A stretch of DNA of 64,000 nucleotides from Nitrospinota bacterium (GTDB taxonomy: Bacteria > Nitrospinota_A > UBA7883 > JACRGQ01): contig JACRGQ010000013.1 in assembly GCA_016217735.1 (NCBI GenBank), positions 10,428-74,427 on the forward strand, given 5' to 3'. The notes beneath the pieces are model-generated. The model ran no database searches. It was not told where the DNA came from and worked only from the letters and a program-made list of their open reading frames with translations. Both the position numbers and the translations under genes were made by a program. Positions 28,991 to 37,885 of this stretch are shown piece by piece (position 1 is the first letter of the stretch; the number at the start of each line of letters is the position of its first letter).

Positions 28991-29495
28991 CATCGCAACC
29001 CCCATCACGGTGCTCGGCATCGGCAACATCCTGATGCGGGACGATGGCCTCGGCATACGGGCGCTGGAAGCCCTGCGGCGGGATTTTTCGTTTCCGGGCA
29101 ATGTAACGCTCATCGACGGCGGCACCACCATCTTTCACAACATGGAGATATTCACCGCCGCGGAAAAAATGATCGTGTTCGACGCCGTGAAGCTGGACGG
29201 CCCGCCGGGAACCGTCTACGCCTTCAACTCGGATGAATACCGGGTGAAGCTCCCGCGCAAAGCCACCTCGCACGACGTGGGTGTGCTCAATACCCTTTCG
29301 ATAATGGAACTGGTGGGCAAAAAGCCGCCGGAAGTGATTATCATCGGCGTGCAGCCGAAGGAATACGACACATGGAGCGAGGAACTTACCCCCGAAGTGG
29401 CCGCCGCCATTCCCGAAATGGTCCGCCGCGCCGTCGAACAGCTTGCGAAGTGGGGGATGAATATCATGCAAAACAAGGGTAAATTTGCATTGTAA
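28980..29495 (+). CDS. Hydrogenase maturation endopeptidase (HyaD/HupD family)
   Basis: VLGIGNILMRDDGLGIRALEAL is a typical HycI/HyaD start; 171 aa. Confidence 0.85.
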   Translation: MGNNIATPITVLGIGNILMRDDGLGIRALEALRRDFSFPGNVTLIDGGTTIFHNMEIFTAAEKMIVFDAVKLDGPPGTVYAFNSDEYRVKLPRKATSHDVGVLNTLSIMELVGKKPPEVIIIGVQPKEYDTWSEELTPEVAAAIPEMVRRAVEQLAKWGMNIMQNKGKFAL

Positions 29496-29510
29496 AATTA
29501 TTGCGGTATA

Positions 29511-29717
29511 ATGAAAATTATGGAAAAGGATGTTCTTCAAAAAGAAAACGTTGAGTGTTTGGAAACTCTTTATTTTGAGATTATGAATCCCCAAAACCCA
29601 TTTTTTAACAAGGAAATCGCTCCATCTCCTCCATCGCTGTCGCTTAACCAACCTTCATTGCTTACAACAGTTGAAAGCATTACAACTTATAGCGCTTACG
29701 AAAATCAGCACACCTAA
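29511..29717 (+). CDS. Small ORF (68 aa) translationally coupled (TAATG) to the Clp-fold protease gene
   Basis: Low-GC; its stop overlaps the downstream ATG by 1 nt; a TATAAT box overlaps its first ATG. Confidence 0.3.
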   Translation: MKIMEKDVLQKENVECLETLYFEIMNPQNPFFNKEIAPSPPSLSLNQPSLLTTVESITTYSAYENQHT

Positions 29718-30643
29718 TGCCCAACTGGAATGATGTCCTCTCAGAGATCGGGAAATATAAACAAGAATTCATACAAAACGCAAACCAATCTGTAGATATT
29801 GTCCGAAGAAAATATTTAAAGCTTCTTTTCGAAGAAACCGACCGAAACATCATCGCTTACTATTCAGGATTTCTTTCAAAGCCCGGCATTGAACAATCGC
29901 AAATATCTGATGAAGATAAGAATGCATTTATGATGGCTATACATAAACTTGACCGGTCGAAAGGGCTGGACCTCATTATTCACAGCGAGGGTGGAAGCAT
30001 AGCCGCCACGGAATCTATTGTTGACTATCTTCATCGGATGTTTGGAAGTGACATCAGAGCTATCGTCCCTCAAATTGCCATGTCGGCTGGTACAATGCTG
30101 GCTTGTTCTTGCAAAGAAATCATTATGGCAAAGCACTCCAACATCGGCCCAATTGATCCTTGGTTACGTGGCGTTCCGGCCCAAGGAGTAAAGGGGGAAT
30201 TTAAACGTGCATTTGAGGAAATAAAAGCAGACCCGGCAAAGCTTGCCGTTTGGCAACCGATATTGATGAAATACCAGCCTACATTTCTCAGCCAATGTGA
30301 AAATGCAATTGATTGGGCCCACACTTTCGTTAAAAATCAGCTAACTGAAATTATGTTTAGCGGAAAGGATGATGCCGTTTTACTTGCCACCAATGTTGTT
30401 ACTGCGCTTAGTAATTATGATGAAAACAAATCTCATGGCCGACATATTCATTTTGATGAGGCATTTGCGATTGGGCTAAATGTTAAGCTGATTGAAAATG
30501 ATTGCAGTGATAAATACCAAGACCTTTTATTGACGGTACATCACTGTTTTATGCACAGTCTTACCAACACGCCGTCATATAAAATGATCGAAAATCATAA
30601 CGGCGTGGCCTTCGTTAAGCAACTTGTAACAGGACAATCTTAG
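29717..30643 (+). CDS. ClpP/crotonase-fold serine protease (SDH-family / S49-like), cytoplasmic or secreted
   Basis: LIIHSEGGSIAATESIVDYL and AMSAGTMLA match the ClpP-fold oxyanion and Ser blocks; 308 aa; low GC. Confidence 0.65.
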   Translation: MPNWNDVLSEIGKYKQEFIQNANQSVDIVRRKYLKLLFEETDRNIIAYYSGFLSKPGIEQSQISDEDKNAFMMAIHKLDRSKGLDLIIHSEGGSIAATESIVDYLHRMFGSDIRAIVPQIAMSAGTMLACSCKEIIMAKHSNIGPIDPWLRGVPAQGVKGEFKRAFEEIKADPAKLAVWQPILMKYQPTFLSQCENAIDWAHTFVKNQLTEIMFSGKDDAVLLATNVVTALSNYDENKSHGRHIHFDEAFAIGLNVKLIENDCSDKYQDLLLTVHHCFMHSLTNTPSYKMIENHNGVAFVKQLVTGQS

Positions 30644-30662
30644 GAAGTTGTTGGGCTAAAAT

Positions 30663-31067
30663 CTATCCTTTCGGGACGGGGCGGGGAGTGCCGTGTTCGT
30701 CCACGGCGACGTAGACCACTTTCGCCTCCGTCACCTTCACGCATTTGCCGTTGTTTACCCGCTCGGCGTAGACGGTTATATCCATCGTGATGGAGGTGGT
30801 GCCGATGGCGATGCAGTCGGCGTAGCAACTGACGAGATCGCCCACATAGACCGGCTTTTTGAAGACGACCTCTTTCACCGCCACGGTGGCGACCCGGCCT
30901 TGCGCGATTCGCATCGCGTCAATCGAGCCGGCGATGTCGACCTGCCCCAATATCCAGCCGCCGAAGATGTCCCCCTTGAAGTTGGTGTCCTTCGGCATGG
31001 CCGCCACGCGCAGCGCCGGCTGTTTCCCGGGCGGGAGTTCGCAATAATCCTCTTTGAGGTTGTTCAT
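30663..31067 (-). CDS. Acyl-CoA thioesterase (hotdog fold, YciA-like)
   Basis: AMPKDTNFKGDIFGGWILGQVD is a conserved YciA motif. Confidence 0.75.
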   Translation of the reverse strand: MNNLKEDYCELPPGKQPALRVAAMPKDTNFKGDIFGGWILGQVDIAGSIDAMRIAQGRVATVAVKEVVFKKPVYVGDLVSCYADCIAIGTTSITMDITVYAERVNNGKCVKVTEAKVVYVAVDEHGTPRPVPKG

Positions 31068-31137
31068 ATTTCCCAAGTATATCATTATCACCGTTCCTAA
31101 AAACCGATAGCGCCAACCATTCCCTTCCACGGGGCCG

Positions 31138-31995
31138 TCAGTAAAGCCGGGCCATCAGTCCTTTGATCTTTTCCATGTCGACGTCGCGCTCCACCAGCGG
31201 TTTTGCATCCCCGATGACGGTGGCCACATATCCGGGCCGCGGGTTTTTATAGATGACCCCCAGCGGTATTTTTTCATCCCACTCGAACGCTTTCGCCAGC
31301 GCCTTCATCCGGTCCGCGGGATCGTGTTCCGGTCCCAGCCGGTAGGCGCGTTGCTGGTACCACTGGTAGGTGTTCACCTTGTTAAAGGAGACGCAGGGCT
31401 GCAACACGTCGATCAGCGCGAAGCCGCCGCACTCCATCGCCTGCCCGATGAGTTCCGCCGTGAGGTCGATTTCTTTGGAAAAACTTCGGGCCACGAACGG
31501 CGCGCCGAGCGCGATGGCCACCGCCAGCGGATTGAACGGCGTAAGTATCACCCCGTCCGGTTGCAGCTTCGTTTTCATCCCTTTGTCCGAAGTGGGGGAG
31601 GCCTGTCCCTTGGTGAGGCCGTACACCTGATTGTTATGCACGATGAGCGTCATCTCGGTGTTGCGGCGTATGGCGTGGATGAAATGGTTCCCCCCTTCGC
31701 CGTACACGTCGCCGTCGCCGCTGGTGACGATGACCGTCAGCCGGTGGTTGGCCGTTTTCGCGCCGAAGGCGGGCGGAAGCGCCCTGCCGTGCAGCCCGTT
31801 AAAGCCGTTGGTCTTGAGATAGTGCGGCAGCTTCGCCGCCTGCCCGATGCCGGATACGGTGAGCACCTCTTCCGGTTTTTTGCCGGCGCGCGTCAGCGCC
31901 TTTTCCACCGAGCTAAGGATGGCGAAATCGCCGCAGCCGGGGCACCACGCTTTTTCCCCTTCATAGCGAAACGCGTTTGAATTTTCCATTGCCAT
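31138..31995 (-). CDS. 2-oxoacid:ferredoxin oxidoreductase beta subunit (TPP-binding)
   Basis: CPGCGDF…GDGD TPP-binding pattern; 285 aa. Confidence 0.85.
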   Translation of the reverse strand: MAMENSNAFRYEGEKAWCPGCGDFAILSSVEKALTRAGKKPEEVLTVSGIGQAAKLPHYLKTNGFNGLHGRALPPAFGAKTANHRLTVIVTSGDGDVYGEGGNHFIHAIRRNTEMTLIVHNNQVYGLTKGQASPTSDKGMKTKLQPDGVILTPFNPLAVAIALGAPFVARSFSKEIDLTAELIGQAMECGGFALIDVLQPCVSFNKVNTYQWYQQRAYRLGPEHDPADRMKALAKAFEWDEKIPLGVIYKNPRPGYVATVIGDAKPLVERDVDMEKIKGLMARLY

Positions 31996-33694
31996 GCACC
32001 TCTTTCAGCCTGTCTATGATAAAGCGGGCGGTAATGGGCCGTCCGTCATACCGCGTTACTGGCACGCCGGTTCGTATCCCGGTTTCGCGCGCCAGCAGCC
32101 GCGCCAGTTGTCCGGTAAAGTTTCCCTCCACCGTGTGAAGCGTTTCCTTCTTTGCCAGCAGAGCGCGGGCTTCGCCGGACGGGAACGGCGCCAGCCGGTT
32201 GAAGTGCGCCATGCCCGCTTTAATGCCAGCCCCATTCAGCGCGTCCACCGCCTCGCGCGCCGCGCCATAGGCGGTTCCCCAGCAGGCGAGCGTGATAAGC
32301 GGCTTTTTGGCGCCGTACCATGTCGGCGCGCCCGGCTCTTTGGCCATCCCTTTCAGCTTGCGGAACCGCTTTTCCACCATCGCGCGGACGATGCCGGGGT
32401 CTTCGGTGATGTGGCCGTCCTCCTCATGCAAGTGGCTGTCGTACATCACCCGTGCGCCCGGTGTGCCATACGGCAGACGGGGTGAAACGCCGTTGGGCGT
32501 GAGGCTGTACCGTTTGTAGGGATCGGGAAGTTTCGCGGGATCGGCCAGGTAATTTTTAAAGCGCACCCTTGCGGCATTGAACCGGTCAAGCGTCACATAG
32601 CTGTCCACCAACTGTTGATCTCCCAGCAGAAATACCGGCACCTGATACTTGTCCGCCAGATTCATGGCATGGATGGCGGTGTAAAACGCCTCTTCCGCCG
32701 TGCCGGGGGCGAAGACGAAACGGGGGAATTCACCGTGGCCGATGTTCAGCGCAAGGTCGAGATCCTCCTGCCCCGTGCGTGTGGGCAGTCCCGTGGCGGG
32801 GCCGGGACGCATGATGTTGGCGATCACCACCGGCGTTTCGGCTATTCCGGCGAGGCTGATTCCCTCCGCCATGAGATCCAGCCCGCCACCCGATGTGGTA
32901 ACGGCGGTACGCACCCCCGCGGCGGAAGCTCCCAGCGCCATGTTCACGGCGGCGATCTCGTCTTCGGCCTGCTCGGAAAGAATGCCCAGCTCCGCCGCGT
33001 TGGCGGTAACGTAGTTGAAGATGGAGGTGGAGGGGGACATCGGATACGCGCTGACGAAGCGGAGTCCGCCGGCCATCATGCCGAGGCCGATGGCTTGGGC
33101 TCCGTTTATCAGCATGCGCGTTTTTTGCTTTACCGGTTGAAGCGGGCGCGTGGTCTCGGCATAGTACCGCGCAATATGGCGGTGGCCCGCTTGCGCGGCG
33201 GCAATATTTTTTTCAACGGCCTCGTTCCCCTTTTTGCCGAAATGTTCCCGCAGCAGCGCATCCACCCCCGCCATGCCGATTTCGAGGAGGGCGGCGATGG
33301 CCCCCAAGGCCACGGCGTTGGCATACACCGGGTTTCCCGCCTCATTGGCGAAGCGGTTCATCGGCACTCCGGCGAACCGGACGCCGTTGACGGTGGGCGG
33401 TGTGTGGTCGCTGTCATGCAGCACGATGCCCCCGGCGGTCAGCTCGCGCAGGTGTTCGTCCATGCTCCGGCGGTCAAGCGCGGCGAGGATGTCCGCCGCG
33501 GGCTGGGGCGCGAAGACCGGGTCGGCGTCGATGCATATCTGGATGAAGTTATGGCCGCCCCGGACGCGCGACATGTAGTCCTGCGTGGCCAGCAGGCGGT
33601 AGCCCGCGCGGGCGAGCAGCTTCAGCAACAGATCGGATACGGTGACGAGTCCCTGTCCGGCCATGCCGCCGAGCGTGAGCGTTGTCTGTGGCAT
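31961..33694 (-). CDS. 2-oxoacid:ferredoxin oxidoreductase alpha subunit (fused gamma/alpha, KorA-like)
   Basis: About 577 aa with an N-terminal gamma-like domain and a pyruvate-flavodoxin oxidoreductase core; overlaps the beta-subunit gene. Confidence 0.85.
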   Translation of the reverse strand: MPQTTLTLGGMAGQGLVTVSDLLLKLLARAGYRLLATQDYMSRVRGGHNFIQICIDADPVFAPQPAADILAALDRRSMDEHLRELTAGGIVLHDSDHTPPTVNGVRFAGVPMNRFANEAGNPVYANAVALGAIAALLEIGMAGVDALLREHFGKKGNEAVEKNIAAAQAGHRHIARYYAETTRPLQPVKQKTRMLINGAQAIGLGMMAGGLRFVSAYPMSPSTSIFNYVTANAAELGILSEQAEDEIAAVNMALGASAAGVRTAVTTSGGGLDLMAEGISLAGIAETPVVIANIMRPGPATGLPTRTGQEDLDLALNIGHGEFPRFVFAPGTAEEAFYTAIHAMNLADKYQVPVFLLGDQQLVDSYVTLDRFNAARVRFKNYLADPAKLPDPYKRYSLTPNGVSPRLPYGTPGARVMYDSHLHEEDGHITEDPGIVRAMVEKRFRKLKGMAKEPGAPTWYGAKKPLITLACWGTAYGAAREAVDALNGAGIKAGMAHFNRLAPFPSGEARALLAKKETLHTVEGNFTGQLARLLARETGIRTGVPVTRYDGRPITARFIIDRLKEVHGNGKFKRVSL

Positions 33695-33782
33695 AATCGC
33701 CTCCCGATAAAGGAATCCATGACAAATGCCGCCGAACACAACGCGGCCGCCCCGCGCCGTGGCGGGGCCGGCCGGAACGTTG

Positions 33783-34385
33783 TTATTTCAACAGGCGGTT
33801 TTCCACGGTCTTCCAGTTGATGTTCGTGAAGAAATCGTCGATGTAGCGCCCCCGTTCGGTCGGTTTCAGGTAGGCGGTCCACGCGTGTTCCCACACGTCC
33901 ATCACGAGGAGAGGCGCGAAGCCGGCGGGATGCCCTTCTTCATGCAGGCCTATCCAGTGGTTGCTCAAAAAGCCGGTATCGGGATCCTTGTACAGGATTG
34001 CCCAGCCGACGCCGCGCATTGCCGCGATCTTGCGGAATTCGATTTCCCAGTTTTCCCAGCAACCGAAGGCTTCATCAAAGGCGGCCTTCACCGCGGAGCC
34101 GGGTTCGCCGCGGCCGCCGAGGTTATCGAAATACAGCTCGTGCAATCTCATGCCGTTGTATTCGAAGCCGAGGCGGCGGACAAGCTCGCAGAACTCCGTC
34201 GAGCCGGCCTCGCCTTTTTCCACGATGCCGGCGATCTTTTCGCGCAGCAGGTTCGTGTTCGTCACGTAGCCGTTGTAGAGTTTCAGGTGCTCGTCGATCT
34301 CGGTTTGCGTTATCCCGCGCAGCTTGTCAAGCCCCGGAAATGTTTTGGGTGCATATTTGGTCAGTGTTTCTAATAGCGGAGACAT
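33783..34385 (-). CDS. Fe/Mn superoxide dismutase
   Basis: 200 aa with the conserved DVWEHAWTAYL C-terminal motif. Confidence 0.9.
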   Translation of the reverse strand: MSPLLETLTKYAPKTFPGLDKLRGITQTEIDEHLKLYNGYVTNTNLLREKIAGIVEKGEAGSTEFCELVRRLGFEYNGMRLHELYFDNLGGRGEPGSAVKAAFDEAFGCWENWEIEFRKIAAMRGVGWAILYKDPDTGFLSNHWIGLHEEGHPAGFAPLLVMDVWEHAWTAYLKPTERGRYIDDFFTNINWKTVENRLLK

Positions 34386-34677
34386 AAAATTCCTCCAGCG
34401 GCGGCGCGCGGAATGCGCGCGCCGTCAAAAGGGGTTTTGTTCTTGAGTGGTTCCGTTTTGGAAAGCGGCCGGCCGTGAGCCGTCCGCCGTATTTGCGCAA
34501 AAAATGCCCCCCTGCCCGATTTGCGAAATTGATTCGCCCGAAACTCCCGCTGCCATTGGGCAGGAGCATATACTTCTCCTTCTTTACTTGCCTCCATTTT
34601 ACACCCGTTTCGTGAAATGGTGTGGGAGCAGGGGGATTTGATCCGGCGTTTGGCGCCCCATAAAACGGGAAATATGG

Positions 34678-34695
34678 GATAATAAATGCATTATC
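34678..34695. promoter_or_regulatory. Fur/PerR-family-like inverted repeat GATAAT-N6-ATTATC about 60 nt upstream of rubrerythrin
   Basis: Perfect 6-6-6 palindrome in the divergent sod/rubrerythrin intergenic region. Confidence 0.35.
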
Positions 34696-34755
34696 AGGCG
34701 CGCGAAGAGGCGCGCCCAAACTGCATCAACGATATCTACCTGAAAGGAGCATCCA

Positions 34756-35289
34756 ATGAAAAAATGGAAATGCCAAGTTTGCGGATACATTCACACCGGC
34801 AACGAAGCGCCGGACAGCTGCCCCGTTTGCTACTCTCCCAAATCGAAGTTCGTGGAAGCGACCGGTGCCGAGCAGATGAATCTTGCGGGCTACCTCGACG
34901 CGAACATCAAAGGGGAAACCTGGGAAGTGACCCACTATATGGCGATGGCGCTGAAGGCGCAGACGCTCGGCATGCCGGAAGTGGCGGAAACGCTCTTGCG
35001 GATAGCCGGGGAAGAGGCCTATCACGGCAGCAACTTCATCCTGCGCGGGCACAAGGCGGCGGGTCTCAAGGGCAAGATAGACACCAGCAGCCAGCTTGCC
35101 GACGACCTGAAGAAAGATATGGAAATGATGCTCAAAGGCGAGTACGGCGCGCACAAGGGAAAGAACGAGGCGGCCGCGATGGCGCGGGCGGAAGGGTTTG
35201 ACGAGTTGGCCGGCTTTTTCAAGATAGCGGCGGAAGACGAATCACGCCACGCCAAGATGCTGGAAGGGCTTTTGAAAAAGTACTTTTAA
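34756..35289 (+). CDS. Rubrerythrin with N-terminal rubredoxin-like domain (reverse rubrerythrin)
   Basis: CQVCGY…CPVC rubredoxin motif N-terminal to a ferritin-like ExxH di-iron domain. Confidence 0.9.
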   Translation: MKKWKCQVCGYIHTGNEAPDSCPVCYSPKSKFVEATGAEQMNLAGYLDANIKGETWEVTHYMAMALKAQTLGMPEVAETLLRIAGEEAYHGSNFILRGHKAAGLKGKIDTSSQLADDLKKDMEMMLKGEYGAHKGKNEAAAMARAEGFDELAGFFKIAAEDESRHAKMLEGLLKKYF

Positions 35290-35298
35290 TTGATGTTT

Positions 35299-35366
35299 TG
35301 TCATTCTGAGCCAACGGTGAAGAATCCCTTTCCGGAAAGAGATCCTTCGCTACGCTCAGGATGACA
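35299..35366. repeat. Palindromic intergenic repeat, family 1, copy A (TGTCATTCTGAGC…GAAGAATCCCTTTCCGGAAAGAGATCCTTC…GCTCAGGATGACA)
   Basis: About 68-nt nested inverted repeat between convergent genes; near-identical copies at 42436-42514 and 56302-56369 (inverted). Confidence 0.6.
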
Positions 35367-35419
35367 AAAAAAACGGCGCGGCTTTTTGGGCCGCGCCGGG
35401 TATGTGCGTGGAATGCGAC

Positions 35420-36277
35420 TTAGATTTCGTACGGGGGGCGCATGGCGCGCAGGGCCGCCACCCGCTTTTCCATCGGCGGATGCGTGCTGAAAAGGCTCAG
35501 CAGGCCGCCGCCCGTGAGCGGGCTGACGATGAACATGTGGGCCGTCGCCGGTTCCGCGTCCATCGGGATGACCTGTGCGCCGCGGCTGATCTTTTCCAGC
35601 GCCGAGGCGAGCGCCTCGGGGTTCCGCACCAGCGCCGCGCCGGTCCGGTCCGCGCCGTATTCGCGCGTGCGGCTGATGGCCATCTGCACCAGCATTGCCG
35701 CGATCGGGGCAAGGATCATCATCAGTATCATCACCGCCGGGTGCGAGCCGCCTTCGCGGTCATTGCCGCGTCCGCCGCCGAAGATCATCGCCCACTGCGC
35801 CATGTTCGCCAGCATGCTGATGGCGCCGGCGATGGTGGCCGCTATGGTGCCGATGAGAATGTCGCGGTTTTTAACGTGCGCGATTTCGTGCGCCAGCACG
35901 CCCGCCAACTCGTCCTTCGACAGCATCCGCATGATGCCGTCGGTGACCGCCACCGCCGCATGCTCCGGATTGCGTCCGGTGGCGAAGGCGTTGGGCTGCT
36001 CCGACGGAATGATATAAATCTTGGGCATCGGGATGCCGGCCGCCTGCGTGATCTGCCGTACCGTGGTGTGCAGTCCCGGCGCATCGGCCTCGGAAACCTC
36101 ACGCGCGTTGTACATCCTGAGAACGATCTTGTCGCTCCAGTAGTATGAAACGAAGTTCATTATAACGGCGAAGGCAAAGGCCATCACCATGCCGCTCTGC
36201 CCTCCCAAGGCGCTTCCCGCCGCCACAAGGATGACGGACATTGCCGCAAGAAGAAAGGTCGTCTTAAGAATGTTCAT
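35420..36277 (-). CDS. htpX: Zinc metalloprotease HtpX
   Basis: HEIAHV HExxH motif, N-terminal TM segments, typical [10 protein letters not shown] start with RBS GGAGG. Confidence 0.9.
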   Translation of the reverse strand: MNILKTTFLLAAMSVILVAAGSALGGQSGMVMAFAFAVIMNFVSYYWSDKIVLRMYNAREVSEADAPGLHTTVRQITQAAGIPMPKIYIIPSEQPNAFATGRNPEHAAVAVTDGIMRMLSKDELAGVLAHEIAHVKNRDILIGTIAATIAGAISMLANMAQWAMIFGGGRGNDREGGSHPAVMILMMILAPIAAMLVQMAISRTREYGADRTGAALVRNPEALASALEKISRGAQVIPMDAEPATAHMFIVSPLTGGGLLSLFSTHPPMEKRVAALRAMRPPYEI

Positions 36278-36483
36278 CGCTGTACTGGATCCTCCAATAT
36301 GGTTATTTATGGATTGATAAGACCTCCCGGAAAGGAAGTCAATGCTGACTGATACCCCACATGATTGAACCAATAATAACACATTTTAGTCAGATATTAA
36401 CCTGTGCGGCACGAAAATAAACCGAATATTAAGGGCGGGGTTGCCAGAAGCATTGGGGAATATGGTTCGGAGTTTGAGGGCTA

Positions 36484-36517
36484 TAAAAAAAGACCCGGAA
36501 CAGCGGACTGTTCCGGG
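36484..36517 (-). terminator. Rho-independent terminator for the cupin gene
   Basis: CCCGGAAC-N8-GTTCCGGG hairpin followed by a 7-nt U-tract on the minus strand. Confidence 0.5.
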
Positions 36518-36543
36518 CCGTGCGTATATGCGGGAAAAACCGA

Positions 36544-36891
36544 TTAGCGTTTTTCCATGCCAGCCGGCTGCTTGGTTACCTGCTGGGCGATCAGGTCGCC
36601 CTTGCCGTTGTCAATGAGGTCATGCCACACATTGGCGGGGGCGACCACAACGGAACCGGGGCCCACTTGGATGACTTCTTCCTTGCCATCGTCCAGCTTG
36701 AATGTGCCGGTGCCCGCAATCACGGTGAATATCTGGTCACCGGTGGGGTGTTTGTGATAGCCGATGCCCTGCTTGGCCTTGTAGTAGTACACATCAAGGG
36801 TCAGCACATCGGTCTTCACCAAGGTGACTTTGCTCACCGTCCCGTCAGTAAATACTTTGCTCTTATTGATATCGTTCTGTTGTATGGCCAT
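36544..36891 (-). CDS. Cupin-domain protein
   Basis: G(x)5HxH…P…H cupin motif region (GYHKHPTGDQIF…WHDLIDNG); 115 aa. Confidence 0.7.
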   Translation of the reverse strand: MAIQQNDINKSKVFTDGTVSKVTLVKTDVLTLDVYYYKAKQGIGYHKHPTGDQIFTVIAGTGTFKLDDGKEEVIQVGPGSVVVAPANVWHDLIDNGKGDLIAQQVTKQPAGMEKR

Positions 36892-37000
36892 AGTGTATCT
36901 CCTGTTGAAAAAACTGTTTACAACCCAATACGCAAATTAAACCACGGGAATATCGTATCCCGATAATGTAACAGGGTCAATTGACCCCGGTTGTTGTTTA

Positions 37001-37882
37001 TCAGCGGGCGCCGCCCGGACTTTGGGCGGGGGGCGTTTCGTTAACCTCCGGGCTGTTGCCGGAAAGTTCGGGTACCCGCATCACGCCCGCTTTTTCATGT
37101 TTTTTCTCGTAGAGCAGGATGAGGCTGATGCGCCGGTTCCGCTCGTCGCGCGGGTTGTATTTAATCAGCGGTTCGGTGTCGGCGTAGCCCACCACCCGCG
37201 CGATGCGGTAGGGGTCGATGCCGTTTTCCTCCAGCAGCTTGCGCGCGGACAGGGCGCGGTTGGCGGATATTTCCCAGTTGGTGACGCCGTTGACGTTATA
37301 CGGAGTGGCGTCGGTGTGCCCTTCCAGCGCCACGCGGTTGGTGGTCTCCTTGATGTTGTCCGAGATCATCTTCATCACTCTTTTGCATTTTTCGGTGGGG
37401 ACGACGCTGCCCGGCTCGAACATCCGGCTTCCCTCCTTGTCCACCAGCTGGATGCGGACGCCCCCTTCGAAGATGTCGATCATCACCTGGTCCTTGAGTT
37501 CGTCGAACTTCTCGGTGACCGCGCCGGTGATCTTGTCTTTCATCTGCTCGGCGGTCACTTCGGATGCGGCCCCCTTGGTAAGATCCATGTTTTGGGGCGT
37601 TTGCTGGTTGCCGCCGGGTTGCGCCACGATCCCTTTGGTTCCCTCGAAGAAGGATGAGCCGGATTCCTTGAAGACGGAGAACTGCTTGAAGTACTCCGCC
37701 ATAACGATCCGTTTTTCCGGCGAGACCATGGCAAGCAGCCAAAGCAGCAGGAAGAAGGCCATCATGGCGGTCACGAAGTCGGCGTACGCCACTTTCCACG
37801 ATCCGCCGTGGGCGCCTCCGTGCCCCTTCTTCACTTTTTTGATGATGATGGGCTGTTTGCCGTCTTTTTTCGGATCGGCCAT
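37001..37882 (-). CDS. motB: MotB-like stator protein with OmpA/peptidoglycan-binding domain
   Basis: N-terminal TM with conserved Asp context (YADFVTAMMAFFLLLW) and a C-terminal OmpA-like domain. Confidence 0.8.
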   Translation of the reverse strand: MADPKKDGKQPIIIKKVKKGHGGAHGGSWKVAYADFVTAMMAFFLLLWLLAMVSPEKRIVMAEYFKQFSVFKESGSSFFEGTKGIVAQPGGNQQTPQNMDLTKGAASEVTAEQMKDKITGAVTEKFDELKDQVMIDIFEGGVRIQLVDKEGSRMFEPGSVVPTEKCKRVMKMISDNIKETTNRVALEGHTDATPYNVNGVTNWEISANRALSARKLLEENGIDPYRIARVVGYADTEPLIKYNPRDERNRRISLILLYEKKHEKAGVMRVPELSGNSPEVNETPPAQSPGGAR

Positions 37883-37885
37883 TAA

